Shown here: positions 10,466 to 19,726 of the stretch, one piece after another | Position numbering within the stretch: position 1 is the first letter of the stretch | Layout: each line of letters opens with the position of its first letter | From: an uncultured virus (IMG/VR IMGVR_UViG_3300026549_000002) | Lineage: Duplodnaviria; Heunggongvirae; Uroviricota; Caudoviricetes | Reading direction: 5' to 3' (one strand) | DNA: 64,000 nt | IMG/VR virus record: IMGVR_UViG_3300026549_000002 | Position numbers and translations under genes: made by a program | The notes under the pieces: model-generated | What the model was told of the DNA's origin: nothing | Databases searched by the model: none | Seen by the model: only the letters and a program-made list of their open reading frames with translations

Positions 10466-11415
10466 TAATTATTAGGGCGACTTAATAGTAATATTAAGAA
10501 CATAGCTGCCTAAACGGGGAAACTCTTATTAAGACAATCCCGTGCTAAATTTGTATCATCATATATATAGAGGAGGCAACTCTATGTATACAGTATACCA
10601 ACATAAAAATAAAATTAATAATAAAGTATATATAGGCATTACAAGTCAAAACCCTCAAATTCGATGGGGAAGTCAAGGATGTAATTATAAATCTAGTCCT
10701 TATTTTTATAATGCTATTCAAAAATATGGTTGAGATAATTTTGAACATAATATTTTATATACTAATTTGACCAAAGAGCAAGCCTGTGAATTAGAACAAA
10801 AATTAATTCAAGACTATAATGCCATGGATAGAAATTTTGGTTATAATTCTACTTCTGGTGGAGAAGCTTTCACCATGAATAAAGAAACTAAACAAAAAAT
10901 ATCACAAGCATTAATGGGTAATCAGAATGGATTAGGTCATCCTTGTTCTGAAGAAAAGAAAAGAAAAATAAGTGAAGCTCAAAAAGGTAGACAATTTACT
11001 GAAGAGCATAAACAAAAATTATCTGAAGCCGCACAGAAGCGTCATGTACCTTGCTCAGAAGAAAAGAAAGAAATATTAAAACAAAAAGCCAAAAAGAAAC
11101 CTGTGTATTGTTTGGAACTTGATACTATATTTGAATCGGTTCAAGAATGTAGCAGACAATTGGGTATTCCAGCAACTAATATTTCAAAATTATGCGGTGG
11201 AAGAGGTAAAACATTAAAAGGTTATCACCTAAGTTATTATGATGATACAATAAATGCCTAACGACTATCCTTATAAAATGAGGAGTAGAATCAAGCGATT
11301 CGAAATGGTAGCCCCCTCTATTTAGAGGGTGAAGATATAGTCTAATCTTTATAGTGATATAAAGAAGTTCATAAGAGAACTGCATAAGATTAGCGACCTT
11401 ATGTGAATATAAATG
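10466..11415 (+). mobile_element. group I intron 1 in nrdD (950 nt)
   Basis: P1 with U-G pair (exon CCU / GGG 10475-77), P10 AUUA/UAAU, AAACGGG..AAUCCCGU, AACGACU, GAAGAUAUAGUCUA, terminal G at 11415; removal restores the reading frame. Confidence 0.9.
10584..11261 (+). pseudogene. GIY-YIG homing endonuclease with NUMOD-type DNA-binding repeats, interrupted by in-frame TGA at 10731-10733
   Basis: VYQH..KVYIGIT; YG*DNFEH where YGW is expected; downstream ORF is in the same frame; HKQKLSE repeats and C-terminal HTH-like FESVQECSRQLG. Confidence 0.8.
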
Positions 11416-12247
11416 TAATACATTACAAAGCAGAAGTGGTAACCAACTTCCTTTCACAAGTATTAACTATGGTACTTGTACACTTCCAGAAGGTAGAATG
11501 GTAACTGAAGCACTGCTTACAGTATCTATGGAAGGTGTTGGTAAACTTGGTCTTACCCCTATTTTCCCTTGTGGTATATTCCAGTATTGGAAAGGTGTAA
11601 ATGATAAGCCAGGTACATCGAATTATGACCTGTTCAAAATGGCACTCAAGAGCACATCTATGAGATTATATCCAAACTATGCTAATGTAGATTGGTCAGG
11701 CAACGCTGGGTATGATCCTAAGGACCCGAAAACATACTTCTCAACAATGGGATGCAGAACTGCCAATGGATGGGATATTAATGGATTCGGTCAACTGAAG
11801 GATGGTAGAGGAAATATCTGCCCAGTTACTATAATTATGCCAACCATTGCTATGGAAGCAAAAGAAGAAGTAGAGAAGAGCGATGGTGCTGACTTAATTG
11901 ATGTATTCATGGAAAAGCTAGATAATGCAATTCATGATGCTAAAGATATTCTGATTGAAAGATTTGACTGGATTTGTAGTCAAGATGCAACAAGTGCTAA
12001 ATTTATGTGGATGAATGGTACTATGGAGGGATATGATCCTGAAGAAGGACCAAGGTCCGCACTTAAGCATGGTACACTTGCTCTTGGTCAATTAGGATTA
12101 GCAGAAACTCTTCAGATTCTCATAGGCTGCGATCACACAGACGAGAGAGGAATGGAACTCGCGAAGCGAATAGAACAACTGTTTAAAGACCGCTGTGCCC
12201 AGTTCAAGGAAGAGGAAAGACTTAACTTTGGTGTATACTACACGCCT
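11416..12247 (+). CDS. nrdD: nrdD exon 2
   Basis: LQSRSGNQLPFTSINYG; STMGCRT; GRGNICPVT; ends GVYYTP. Confidence 0.9.
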
Positions 12248-13220
12248 AAGAATTATTGGGCGGCATAAGAGTAATCTTATGTACAAATTCTTTACTAAAC
12301 GGGCAATCGTAATAAGATGGTAAGAAAGCCTAAACCTTATAATAAGGCATGGTAATCCCGTAGGATAAAACCAAAAAATATTGGACAGAAGTGTGTATTT
12401 GTGTTCAGTAGATTTTCAATATATATAACAGAAAATTTAGAAAAGGAGTACACACAAATGGCTAGAAGAAAATTATCAGATAAATTAATAGATAGAGCAG
12501 ACATACCTGAAGAATTATTCTTAATTGAAGGTAGTGAAACAGATTATATTACAAAAAGTGGTAAAATTTATAAAGACTATGGTGATAATAAATTTTTCCC
12601 TAAACAAAATTTCCAAAATTGGGGATATTGGTATTGTAATATAACTTATCCAGAAGGGCAAAAACAAAAAAGAGTTCATAGATTATTAGCTCAAACTTTT
12701 ATTCCTAATCCAAACAATTATCCAATTGTACTTCATATAGATAGCGATAAAAGTAATATGAGTTTAGATAATTTAAAATGGGGAACCATTAAAGAAAATA
12801 CATTACAAGCCTATGAAGAAGGTATGGCTCATAATGATAAAAGTTGGGAAGACTCTCAATCAATCCATGTTTGTCAATTTGATTTAGATGGCAACTTATT
12901 AAATAAATATGGTTCTGTTAGTGAAGCATCAAGACAAACAGGATTAACAAAAACTGCTATTTTAAATCAATGCAATCATGGTATTAAAACTAAACCAAGA
13001 TGTGGATATTGGTTTAGATATTTATCTGAATATGAAAAAGATGGTTTTGTTCTCTAACGACTATCGAAAGTATAATATAAGAGAAATACTTATATGAATA
13101 AACGAGTAGAGTAGCTTTTTTAAAGCGAAATGTAAAGCTCCTATTATTTGGTCAAAGAATAATAGGATGAAGATATAGTCTAGTCCCCTAATAAATATCG
13201 GGAAACCGAGGGTAGAATCG
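12248..13220 (+). mobile_element. group I intron 2 in nrdD (973 nt)
   Basis: P1 CGCCU/GGGCG with U-G pair; AAACGGG, AAUCCCGU, AACGACUA, GAAGAUAUAGUCUA; terminal G at 13220; splicing gives YYTP|AENLC. Confidence 0.9.
12458..13057 (+). CDS. intron-encoded HNH homing endonuclease (I-HmuI-like architecture)
   Basis: RVHRLLAQTFIPNP..VLHIDSDKSN..NLKW..EN; C-terminal YGSVSEASRQTG; AAGGAG RBS. Confidence 0.85.
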   Translation: MARRKLSDKLIDRADIPEELFLIEGSETDYITKSGKIYKDYGDNKFFPKQNFQNWGYWYCNITYPEGQKQKRVHRLLAQTFIPNPNNYPIVLHIDSDKSNMSLDNLKWGTIKENTLQAYEEGMAHNDKSWEDSQSIHVCQFDLDGNLLNKYGSVSEASRQTGLTKTAILNQCNHGIKTKPRCGYWFRYLSEYEKDGFVL

Positions 13221-13712
13221 GCAGAAAATCTATGTTATACCGCGATGAAGAAGTTTAAGGCTAAGTATGGGGAGATTCCAAATGTCAGTGATAGAGAATA
13301 TTTCACAAATTCGATGCATGTACCGGTCTGGAAAGAAATATCTCCGTTTGACAAAATTGATATTGAATCACAGCTTACTGGCTACAGTAGTGCTGGTTGT
13401 ATTACTTATGTGGAACTCGACGGAGCAGTGCAGCATAACTTAGATGCTTTAGAAACATTAGTAAATTATGCTATGGATAAGGATATTCCTTATTTTGCTA
13501 TTAATATTCCTAATGACCAGTGCTTAGATTGCGGCTGGACTGGAGAAATTAATGAAACATGCCCTAAGTGTGGTGGTAACCATATTCAAAGGCTTAGAAG
13601 AGTTACAGGCTATTTAACTGGTAACTATACAACTGCGTTTAATCTGGGCAAACAAGCTGAAGTTAAGGATAGATATAAGCATAGCAACAGACTAGTAAAT
13701 TGGAGGCATTAA
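13221..13712 (+). CDS. nrdD: nrdD exon 3 (spliced product about 748 aa)
   Basis: YFTNSMH; CxxC..CPKCG zinc site; glycyl-radical motif RRVTGYL. Confidence 0.9.
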   Translation, partial: AENLCYTAMKKFKAKYGEIPNVSDREYFTNSMHVPVWKEISPFDKIDIESQLTGYSSAGCITYVELDGAVQHNLDALETLVNYAMDKDIPYFAINIPNDQCLDCGWTGEINETCPKCGGNHIQRLRRVTGYLTGNYTTAFNLGKQAEVKDRYKHSNRLVNWRH

Positions 13713-14218
13713 TGTTAATACATATAAATGGTATTAATGGTAATGATATGGTTAATGGAGAGGGAGTTTCAGTCTCCCTCTTCATGCAAGGATGCCCCCA
13801 TCATTGTCCTGGGTGCTTTAATCCAGAATCTTGGGATTTTGACGGTGGATATACAATAGAGCAGGATGAATTGTTTAAGGATATTTTAAATAAAATGACT
13901 GCTAATGATTTGCAGAGGAATTTTAGTTTTCTTGGCGGCGAGCCTTTGGCGCCTCAGAACCTGGCTCTAACGCAGCATATCATTCACTATTTAAGAGATA
14001 ATTTAGACTATATACCTAAAATTTATATTTGGTCTGGTTATACTTTGCAGGAATTGGTAGAAAGAAGTAAAACAGAACTAGCTATTAAAGATATATTGAT
14101 TTATACATATTGTTTAATAGATGGCCCTTATAAATATGAAGAAAGAGATTTGACTTTAGAGTTAAGAGGAAGTGCAAATCAAAATATTATCTACCACCCT
14201 GGTGATTACATAAATTGA
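13712..14218 (+). CDS. nrdG: anaerobic RNR activase (radical SAM)
   Basis: GCPHHCPGC (CxxxCxxC); GGEP; LRGSANQ; ATG overlaps nrdD stop. Confidence 0.92.
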   Translation: MLIHINGINGNDMVNGEGVSVSLFMQGCPHHCPGCFNPESWDFDGGYTIEQDELFKDILNKMTANDLQRNFSFLGGEPLAPQNLALTQHIIHYLRDNLDYIPKIYIWSGYTLQELVERSKTELAIKDILIYTYCLIDGPYKYEERDLTLELRGSANQNIIYHPGDYIN

Positions 14219-14243
14219 CAAGATTGTAAAATTTTGATATAAT
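14215..14243 (+). promoter_or_regulatory. SigA-type promoter
   Basis: TTGACA-17 bp-TATAAT with extended TG. Confidence 0.85.
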
Positions 14244-14279
14244 ATATAGAGAATGAGAGATAAAAGGAGAGGATGTAAT

Positions 14280-14654
14280 ATGGCTGAACTAACTATGGGG
14301 AATCTTCACGATATGAATAAGCAACTGAGTGAGCAGATGCCAGTGAAGAGTATTCCTGAGATATTAGCTCTATATCCTAAATTAGAAAATTGGTTTGAGT
14401 ATAGTATAGATAGATATGCTATGCTACTTTGTCATGAGCAAAGAGACTTTACTATTTTTAATAAAGTGTCTGATATGGCTGATATGGCAAAAGAAGCAAC
14501 AAAAGCATTGTTTGAATGTATAGAGAACCGCGGCGGCCTTGTCTCAATGGATCCTGCCGACGGCGATGCATGGGAGATTTGGATTAGAGATGAAGATAAT
14601 GCTGACCATTGCTATTATCTGTTTAATTATGACAATGCAGTAATAGAGGTGTAA
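14280..14654 (+). CDS. hypothetical protein
   Basis: AAGGAGAGG RBS before ATG 14280. Confidence 0.7.
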   Translation: MAELTMGNLHDMNKQLSEQMPVKSIPEILALYPKLENWFEYSIDRYAMLLCHEQRDFTIFNKVSDMADMAKEATKALFECIENRGGLVSMDPADGDAWEIWIRDEDNADHCYYLFNYDNAVIEV

Positions 14655-14655
14655 G

Positions 14656-14904
14656 ATGAGAAAAAAGACCATAGAGATATTTATGAGTCCCGTCAAATTA
14701 TCTTCTTCTGTTTTTATTAGAGATGAGCAAGGATTATTAACTTCTTATAAAGTTGACAATAAAAAACTTGTTGATTTTGTTAGTAAACAAGAAAATGTAG
14801 AAGAAGTAACAATTAGCGGAGCTAAAATATATACAAGTAAATTTAAAGACCAAATGCAAAAACATATGAATAAGAATTGCAAATTCACATTAAGGAGTAA
14901 ATAA
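14656..14904 (+). CDS. hypothetical protein (82 aa)
   Basis: GAGGTG RBS; operon spacing. Confidence 0.65.
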   Translation: MRKKTIEIFMSPVKLSSSVFIRDEQGLLTSYKVDNKKLVDFVSKQENVEEVTISGAKIYTSKFKDQMQKHMNKNCKFTLRSK

Positions 14905-15143
14905 TGGCACATCTAATTAAAACAACAGAAGTATATAGAGTAGAGACTGAGGACGAAGCTAAAAAATTTATTGAAGAACAAAAACAGAATGATTCCTATG
15001 AGATGATAAAATATTCTTCAGAATATAAAATCAAAAAGGCAAAAGGTGAAATAGAAGATGAATGGTTTAGAGTAACCCTTGTGAAGAGTTTCGATGACGA
15101 AAAAAGTCCTATAGGAAGTGTGAAGATTAGCTATGAAGATTAA
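14904..15143 (+). CDS. hypothetical protein (79 aa)
   Basis: AAGGAG RBS; translational coupling. Confidence 0.7.
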   Translation: MAHLIKTTEVYRVETEDEAKKFIEEQKQNDSYEMIKYSSEYKIKKAKGEIEDEWFRVTLVKSFDDEKSPIGSVKISYED

Positions 15144-15561
15144 TATTAAGAAATTAGAACCAGATGCAATAATACCTACAAAGGGAAGTGATGCTGCGGC
15201 AGGTGTGGACCTTTACGCACGTAGTCCCTTGGTAATTCATCCTGGGTGTAATGGAGTTGTTGACACTGGACTTGCTGTGGAAATACCAGATGGTTATTTT
15301 GGCGCAGTGTTTGCAAGATCTGGTATGGCTGTCCGCAAAGGACTCCGCCCGGCTAATTGTGTGGGTGTTATAGATTCAGATTATAGAGGACCGATTAAAG
15401 TAGTTTTACACAATGATACTGATATAATTAGACCTGTTCAAGAAGGTGATAGAATTGCACAACTTGTTATTTTACCTTACGAGAAAATTGAGTTTAGTGA
15501 GGTGGAAAAGCTTACTGATACAGAGCGCGCTGACGGCGGCTTTGGTAGTACTGGTAACTAA
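15133..15561 (+). CDS. dut: trimeric dUTPase
   Basis: AAGVDL, ARSG, GVIDSDYRG, RIAQL, RADGGFGSTG. Confidence 0.95.
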   Translation: MKINIKKLEPDAIIPTKGSDAAAGVDLYARSPLVIHPGCNGVVDTGLAVEIPDGYFGAVFARSGMAVRKGLRPANCVGVIDSDYRGPIKVVLHNDTDIIRPVQEGDRIAQLVILPYEKIEFSEVEKLTDTERADGGFGSTGN

Positions 15562-15595
15562 AATAATGCGGAGGCACTAGCCTCCGCTTTTTATT
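15560..15595. terminator. bidirectional terminator between convergent arms
   Basis: GCGGAGGC-acta-GCCTCCGC flanked by A and T tracts. Confidence 0.8.
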
Positions 15596-16106
15596 CCCAA
15601 TTATATTCTCTTTCTTCTTTTGCGGTATGCTCTAAATAATAACTATAACCAATTAAAATAGCATCTGCTTTATCATCATTGTTTTTTATATCATTAGTAA
15701 ATTTAGGAAATAACTCTTTTGCTTTTTCTATATCCTTTGGTTTAAGCATAGCTCTAGTTATACCCCTACCCGTTTTTATACCAACCATTTTACGCCAATG
15801 GCTAGCAGTACACAGTTGCATTTCTAGTTTATATTGATCTAACATAATAGTTATATCACCATGTGCTATTGTTAATTTTCTATATACATCAATATTATTC
15901 TTAACAAAAGCTGGCTCTGGTTCTTCCGCTATAACAGCTTGTGGTTTATATTGTATTACAAGTTCTTCTATTCTATTTGTTATTTTACGTATACGCTTCC
16001 ACACATTCCCCGTGGGTGCAATACATTCTACTAGAACTAGATGATTATCTTCAAGTATTGCAACACCCGTTGATGTAGTAGATATATCTAAAGACATAAT
16101 TGTCAT
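15591..16106 (-). CDS. RuvC-like Holliday junction resolvase
   Basis: SLDISTTSTG, VIAEE, DDKADAILIG (RNase H-fold acidic residues). Confidence 0.8.
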   Translation of the reverse strand: MTIMSLDISTTSTGVAILEDNHLVLVECIAPTGNVWKRIRKITNRIEELVIQYKPQAVIAEEPEPAFVKNNIDVYRKLTIAHGDITIMLDQYKLEMQLCTASHWRKMVGIKTGRGITRAMLKPKDIEKAKELFPKFTNDIKNNDDKADAILIGYSYYLEHTAKEEREYNWE

Positions 16107-16140
16107 TTTTATTTTCTCCTTATTAATCCTATCTAACTAC

Positions 16141-16169
16141 AGTGTAACAAAATTTTTTTCAAGAGTCAA
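16141..16169 (-). promoter_or_regulatory. SigA-type promoter for resolvase
   Basis: TTGACT-17 bp-TACACT with extended TG. Confidence 0.7.
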
Positions 16170-16190
16170 GGACAATTTGGGTTAATCAAT

Positions 16191-16230
16191 AAAAAAAAAT
16201 GGGATTGTCTAAAAAATAAGACAATCCCAT
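16191..16230 (-). terminator. rho-independent terminator of accessory cassette
   Basis: ATGGGATTGTCT/AGACAATCCCAT stem with A9 tract (U tract on - strand). Confidence 0.8.
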
Positions 16231-16234
16231 ATAA

Positions 16235-16369
16235 TCATTTGGTTATAACAGGTTTATAATGTTCTCGAACTATATATAATATTGCTAATTTTTCACATAC
16301 TGAGAAATTAGTATCATCACATTGTTCTAATTCTGTTATTGTTTCTTCTATTGTTTCCAAATCTAGCAT
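16235..16369 (-). CDS. small protein (44 aa, MLDLETIEETITELEQCDDTNFSVCEKLAILYIVREHYKPVITK), not in ORF track
   Basis: Start overlaps upstream stop; AAGGAG upstream; ends just before the terminator. Confidence 0.6.
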   Translation of the reverse strand: MLDLETIEETITELEQCDDTNFSVCEKLAILYIVREHYKPVITK

Positions 16370-16923
16370 AATACTTTAGCAATCTCCTTTGTATAATATT
16401 CAGTTTTTTTAGATTGCTCTACCATAATGGTCGGTATATCAAAATTGATAGCCGTTAATTGTAATAATTCTTTTTGTGCTTCAGCAATCTCGTTATCTAC
16501 ATCACAAATAAACATTTTAATAAAACAAGCATCAGCAACTTCATTAGTTTCCATTAATGTTTTATACATTTTAGTATATAAAGTTTTTGTATCTTGTTCC
16601 CATTTAATCCAATCTTCTAATCCAGACTTAATACTTTCTCTAATTGTATTACTTCCTACATCTTCTCTTGTATATTGATACCAACTACTCGGAATTATTT
16701 CTGGTACAATAATTTTAGATTCTTTAATTAATTTATTGTGATGACGCATATAATAATTACATAAACACCTATAATTATATGTTTCTTCATAAAAATGATA
16801 TTCATGACAGGTTTTATATCCATCCAAATTTAAAAAATAATAATAATTAGCATAGTGTTCATGAATCATCATGCCTATAACCATATGCTGGGCAATTTCA
16901 CTATATATTTCCTCAATAGTCAT
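16363..16923 (-). CDS. ferritin-like four-helix-bundle protein
   Basis: GMMIHE, HEYHFYEE, WIKWEQDT, DVDNEI pattern of ferritin-like folds; start ATG 16923 after AGGTG. Confidence 0.55.
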   Translation of the reverse strand: MTIEEIYSEIAQHMVIGMMIHEHYANYYYFLNLDGYKTCHEYHFYEETYNYRCLCNYYMRHHNKLIKESKIIVPEIIPSSWYQYTREDVGSNTIRESIKSGLEDWIKWEQDTKTLYTKMYKTLMETNEVADACFIKMFICDVDNEIAEAQKELLQLTAINFDIPTIMVEQSKKTEYYTKEIAKVLC

Positions 16924-16930
16924 AACACAC

Positions 16931-17323
16931 CTAGCATAATTTTGTAACACATAAATTAGTATCACCAGTTGCTTCTGGCCCTGTATACATAACTTGAATT
17001 ACAACAGGTTCTTTACAACATACATTCTGTACTCTAACAAGAGTAGTGAAATATAAAGGAACTGTTGAATCTGCGGCGGCGGTGCTAACACTCTTTGCTT
17101 CTGGTACCACTACACCATTCCTATATAACTGGATCTGTGCATCTCCAGCCGCAGTAGCAGTTATATTTGCATTACAATATATCATATATACGCCAGGTTT
17201 ATTTAACTGTACTGTATTTGGAGTGAGTTGAATACTAGTGCATCCCTTTTCCACAGTTTTATTAATAAAATTTACATAAGTATTATTAGTTAAAGTTTGT
17301 GCTATACTATATACTTGAAGCAT
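16931..17323 (-). CDS. beta-sandwich protein (BclA-C/C1q-like, tentative)
   Basis: NTVQLNKPGVYMIYCNANI..IQLYRNGVVVP pattern. Confidence 0.5.
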   Translation of the reverse strand: MLQVYSIAQTLTNNTYVNFINKTVEKGCTSIQLTPNTVQLNKPGVYMIYCNANITATAAGDAQIQLYRNGVVVPEAKSVSTAAADSTVPLYFTTLVRVQNVCCKEPVVIQVMYTGPEATGDTNLCVTKLC

Positions 17324-17485
17324 AACTATTGTATCTCCCTTAATCTAAAATTTTTTAAGGGTATCCATTTTTAAGTAAAAAAAATATGTACACCCTTTTT
17401 TGTAAGATAATTCAAAAAAAGGCATACTATATATGCTCAAAAAATATTAAAGGCATACTAAATATGCTCGTTTTACAGCTAGAAA

Positions 17486-18112
17486 CTACATTCCGCAGTT
17501 ACATCCCCCACTGCAGAATGGACTCATACCCGCATTATATGTCCAACTATTTGGGTATCTTAAAACATTGCTAGTAGCATTAGCAAGCTGCAGTTCATTA
17601 ATCTGATTCTGCATATCTGCCATTCTATTACTATTAATAGCGTCTAAAATTTTCTGTGTTTGTGCTGTGGTATTAGCGTTAATACTTGCAGTGTTCAGAG
17701 CAGCATTGTAATTAACTGCATCAATATTTCTCTGAACTTCGCAGCAGCATGTTTGTTGTTGCTGAATAGCTGTAGCTAAAGCAGACTCAACATTACCAAA
17801 CTCTCTGATAGTAGCTGCATTACCATCTTTAATAGCGGTAATAGTATCAGCAGTATCTTTAGAGATAGCATTTAAAATATCTCTATTCTGGTCAAGAAGA
17901 TTGTTAAAATTAAAACCATTTTGAACAAAATCCTGAGTTGCATACTGTGGCTGATAACCAAATCCATTGCCCCAGCCAAATCCGTTAAATCCGCCGCCAG
18001 CAAGAATTAGTAATGCAAAAATCCACATGAAAGAGCCATCGCCCCACATACCATTATTTCCACTTAATAAAGCCACATCACTAGCACTTAACGTTCCATT
18101 TTCCATAGCCAT
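17486..18112 (-). CDS. hypothetical protein with TM/Gly-rich N-terminus, coiled coil and Cys-rich ends
   Basis: WIFALLILAGGGFNGFGWG; TCCCE; C-terminal CSGGCNCGM; GGGAGG RBS. Confidence 0.75.
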   Translation of the reverse strand: MAMENGTLSASDVALLSGNNGMWGDGSFMWIFALLILAGGGFNGFGWGNGFGYQPQYATQDFVQNGFNFNNLLDQNRDILNAISKDTADTITAIKDGNAATIREFGNVESALATAIQQQQTCCCEVQRNIDAVNYNAALNTASINANTTAQTQKILDAINSNRMADMQNQINELQLANATSNVLRYPNSWTYNAGMSPFCSGGCNCGM

Positions 18113-18196
18113 AAAACTATGCCTCCCTTATTATTTTATTTCCCGTTAGTTTATATATATAAAAGTATTATAATATATAATACTGATATATCTCTA

Positions 18197-18463
18197 TTAG
18201 TGTTGTAACATTTGTAGAATTTGTTGAGGATCTACACCTCTTTGTTGTGCCATTTCAAAAAATAAATCTTTTGGACTTTTTTGACTTGTTTGAATTAAAT
18301 TTAATATACTTTGTAATTGAGGATTGCTTTGTGCCATTGTTTGCATTAATTGCATTGGGTTGTTACTACGACTAACCATATTTATCATTTGTTGCAATCC
18401 GCCATTACTGTTATTATTTCTTGATAATTGTGACTGGTTTAGTTGCTGATATAGTTTTGTCAT
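18197..18463 (-). CDS. Gln/Met-rich hypothetical protein (88 aa)
   Basis: NPMQLMQ..FFEMAQQRGVDP; operon context. Confidence 0.7.
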   Translation of the reverse strand: MTKLYQQLNQSQLSRNNNSNGGLQQMINMVSRSNNPMQLMQTMAQSNPQLQSILNLIQTSQKSPKDLFFEMAQQRGVDPQQILQMLQH

Positions 18464-18842
18464 TTTGCATCAACCTTTCATCTATCATTTGAGCTATTTC
18501 ATCTTTGGTTACAAATTGTGAGAAATCTATATTATTAGTTTGCTGTTGTAAGCTATCGTTTAAATTTTTTTGTTCTCCAATCTCTGTTACCTCTGTGAAA
18601 TTAAAAACTCTTAAATTTGACATGCCTATGTTATCACATACCTTAATATAGAAAAATCCTTCATCTCGTTGATCTAACATAAGTAAGATTTCATTAGGCT
18701 GAATAGGATAATTCTTCGCACTATCTATGCCTTGCACCCATATAATATTTGTGGGAGGTTCATTATAATTTTTATTTCCATAGGGTTGCATAAACTGTGC
18801 TTGTGAATTATTTTGAGCCATCATTGGATTATATCTCATCAT
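18414..18842 (-). CDS. hypothetical protein (142 aa)
   Basis: IIWVQG..AKNYP..LMLD..FYIK..D..G pattern; first gene of cassette. Confidence 0.7.
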   Translation of the reverse strand: MMRYNPMMAQNNSQAQFMQPYGNKNYNEPPTNIIWVQGIDSAKNYPIQPNEILLMLDQRDEGFFYIKVCDNIGMSNLRVFNFTEVTEIGEQKNLNDSLQQQTNNIDFSQFVTKDEIAQMIDERLMQNDKTISATKPVTIIKK

Positions 18843-18970
18843 AATAATATCCTTTTCTTTACAATGCGCATGTAAAATTGTTTTAACTTTTTTTCGCTAC
18901 CATATATAATTTTAGCATTAAGATTGTTAATTAAAATTGTCCAAGGTGTGGGGCGGTACTAGGTAAGGAG

Positions 18971-19006
18971 AAAAAAATTTTGGGGTACCTAAGTATAGGT
19001 ACCCCA
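18971..19006 (-). terminator. terminator at end of tail operon
   Basis: TGGGGTACCTA-agta-TAGGTACCCCA hairpin with nearby A tract. Confidence 0.7.
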
Positions 19007-19018
19007 TCTATAACTAAT

Positions 19019-19162
19019 CTAGAAAGGCTCTCCTGTAATTTCTGTAAACTCTGCTTCAGTAATTCCGAGATGCTTACCAACAACGGCTCTTACTCTCTCA
19101 ATACTCCAGAGTCCTTTATCATAGAAACCTTTAATCTTTTCAAAATTTTTGCTATGATTCAT
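19019..19162 (-). CDS. XkdX-family small protein (47 aa), not in ORF track
   Basis: FEKIKGFYDKGLWS..V...V....ITEAEFTEITG; AAGGAGG RBS; typical position after fibre genes. Confidence 0.8.
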   Translation of the reverse strand: MNHSKNFEKIKGFYDKGLWSIERVRAVVGKHLGITEAEFTEITGEPF

Positions 19163-19176
19163 AACATTCCTCCTTG

Positions 19177-19578
19177 TTACAGTTCAATATCAGACATAAT
19201 AGCAATGTACTCAATATCAGATGTGTTCTTTGCTGTCTGTTCTTTCAGACCTGGCTTAGCAAGTTCTACAAGAACAACATCACATTTGCTTTCTGTTGAT
19301 TCGCCTGTCTCTTCATCTACGCTTGTATCATATACATAGTCAAAGATTTTTTCAAGCTTTGCAACTACGCTATATCCAGTTACAATACGCAGAGTTTCTG
19401 TTTCAGTTTCATTTTTAATTTCAATATGAGCGACATTTGCGGCGTCACTAACAACGTTCTCAATCTCGCCCAGTTGGATTCCGTCAGCTTTGATCAGAGC
19501 GCGGAATACATCACTGTGAACGCTGAATCCACTTGGAACAACGTCATATTTAAAGTTTCCGAAAACAATTTTATTCAT
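19177..19578 (-). CDS. putative tail-fibre assembly protein (XkdW-position)
   Basis: C-terminal DIEYIAIMSDIEL directly before XkdX-like gene; AAGGAG RBS. Confidence 0.6.
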   Translation of the reverse strand: MNKIVFGNFKYDVVPSGFSVHSDVFRALIKADGIQLGEIENVVSDAANVAHIEIKNETETETLRIVTGYSVVAKLEKIFDYVYDTSVDEETGESTESKCDVVLVELAKPGLKEQTAKNTSDIEYIAIMSDIEL

Positions 19579-19701
19579 GTTTAATTTCTCCTTTGCGGCG
19601 GCCTAGGTGACCGCCATCTTTGTATATCTAGATAAAGCGGGATGTTTTTAACGACCTCCCGCAATTACAAACTTTTTATATATAGGTTTAAAAACGTATT
19701 T

Positions 19702-19726
19702 ATCTGTTATTTCACTAAATAATAAT
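19702..19726 (+). repeat. putative recombination site A1 (ATCTGTTATTTCACTAAATAATAAT)
   Basis: Exact 25-bp copy at 20974-20998; core inverted relative to 20327-20349. Confidence 0.85.

Noticed and set aside
10731..10733. Genome-wide TGA=Trp or other stop-codon recoding
   Set aside because: Long genes are intact in code 11; TGA and TAG end several genes at sensible positions; only one in-frame TGA was seen.
11498..13712. Three separate nrdD-like genes or inteins
   Set aside because: Inserts contain stops and group I RNA motifs and lack intein C/HN termini; splicing restores one frame.
16170..16210. Additional GGACA promoter-motif copy on + strand
   Set aside because: Lacks the downstream WTTTT box at the fixed spacing and points into a terminator.
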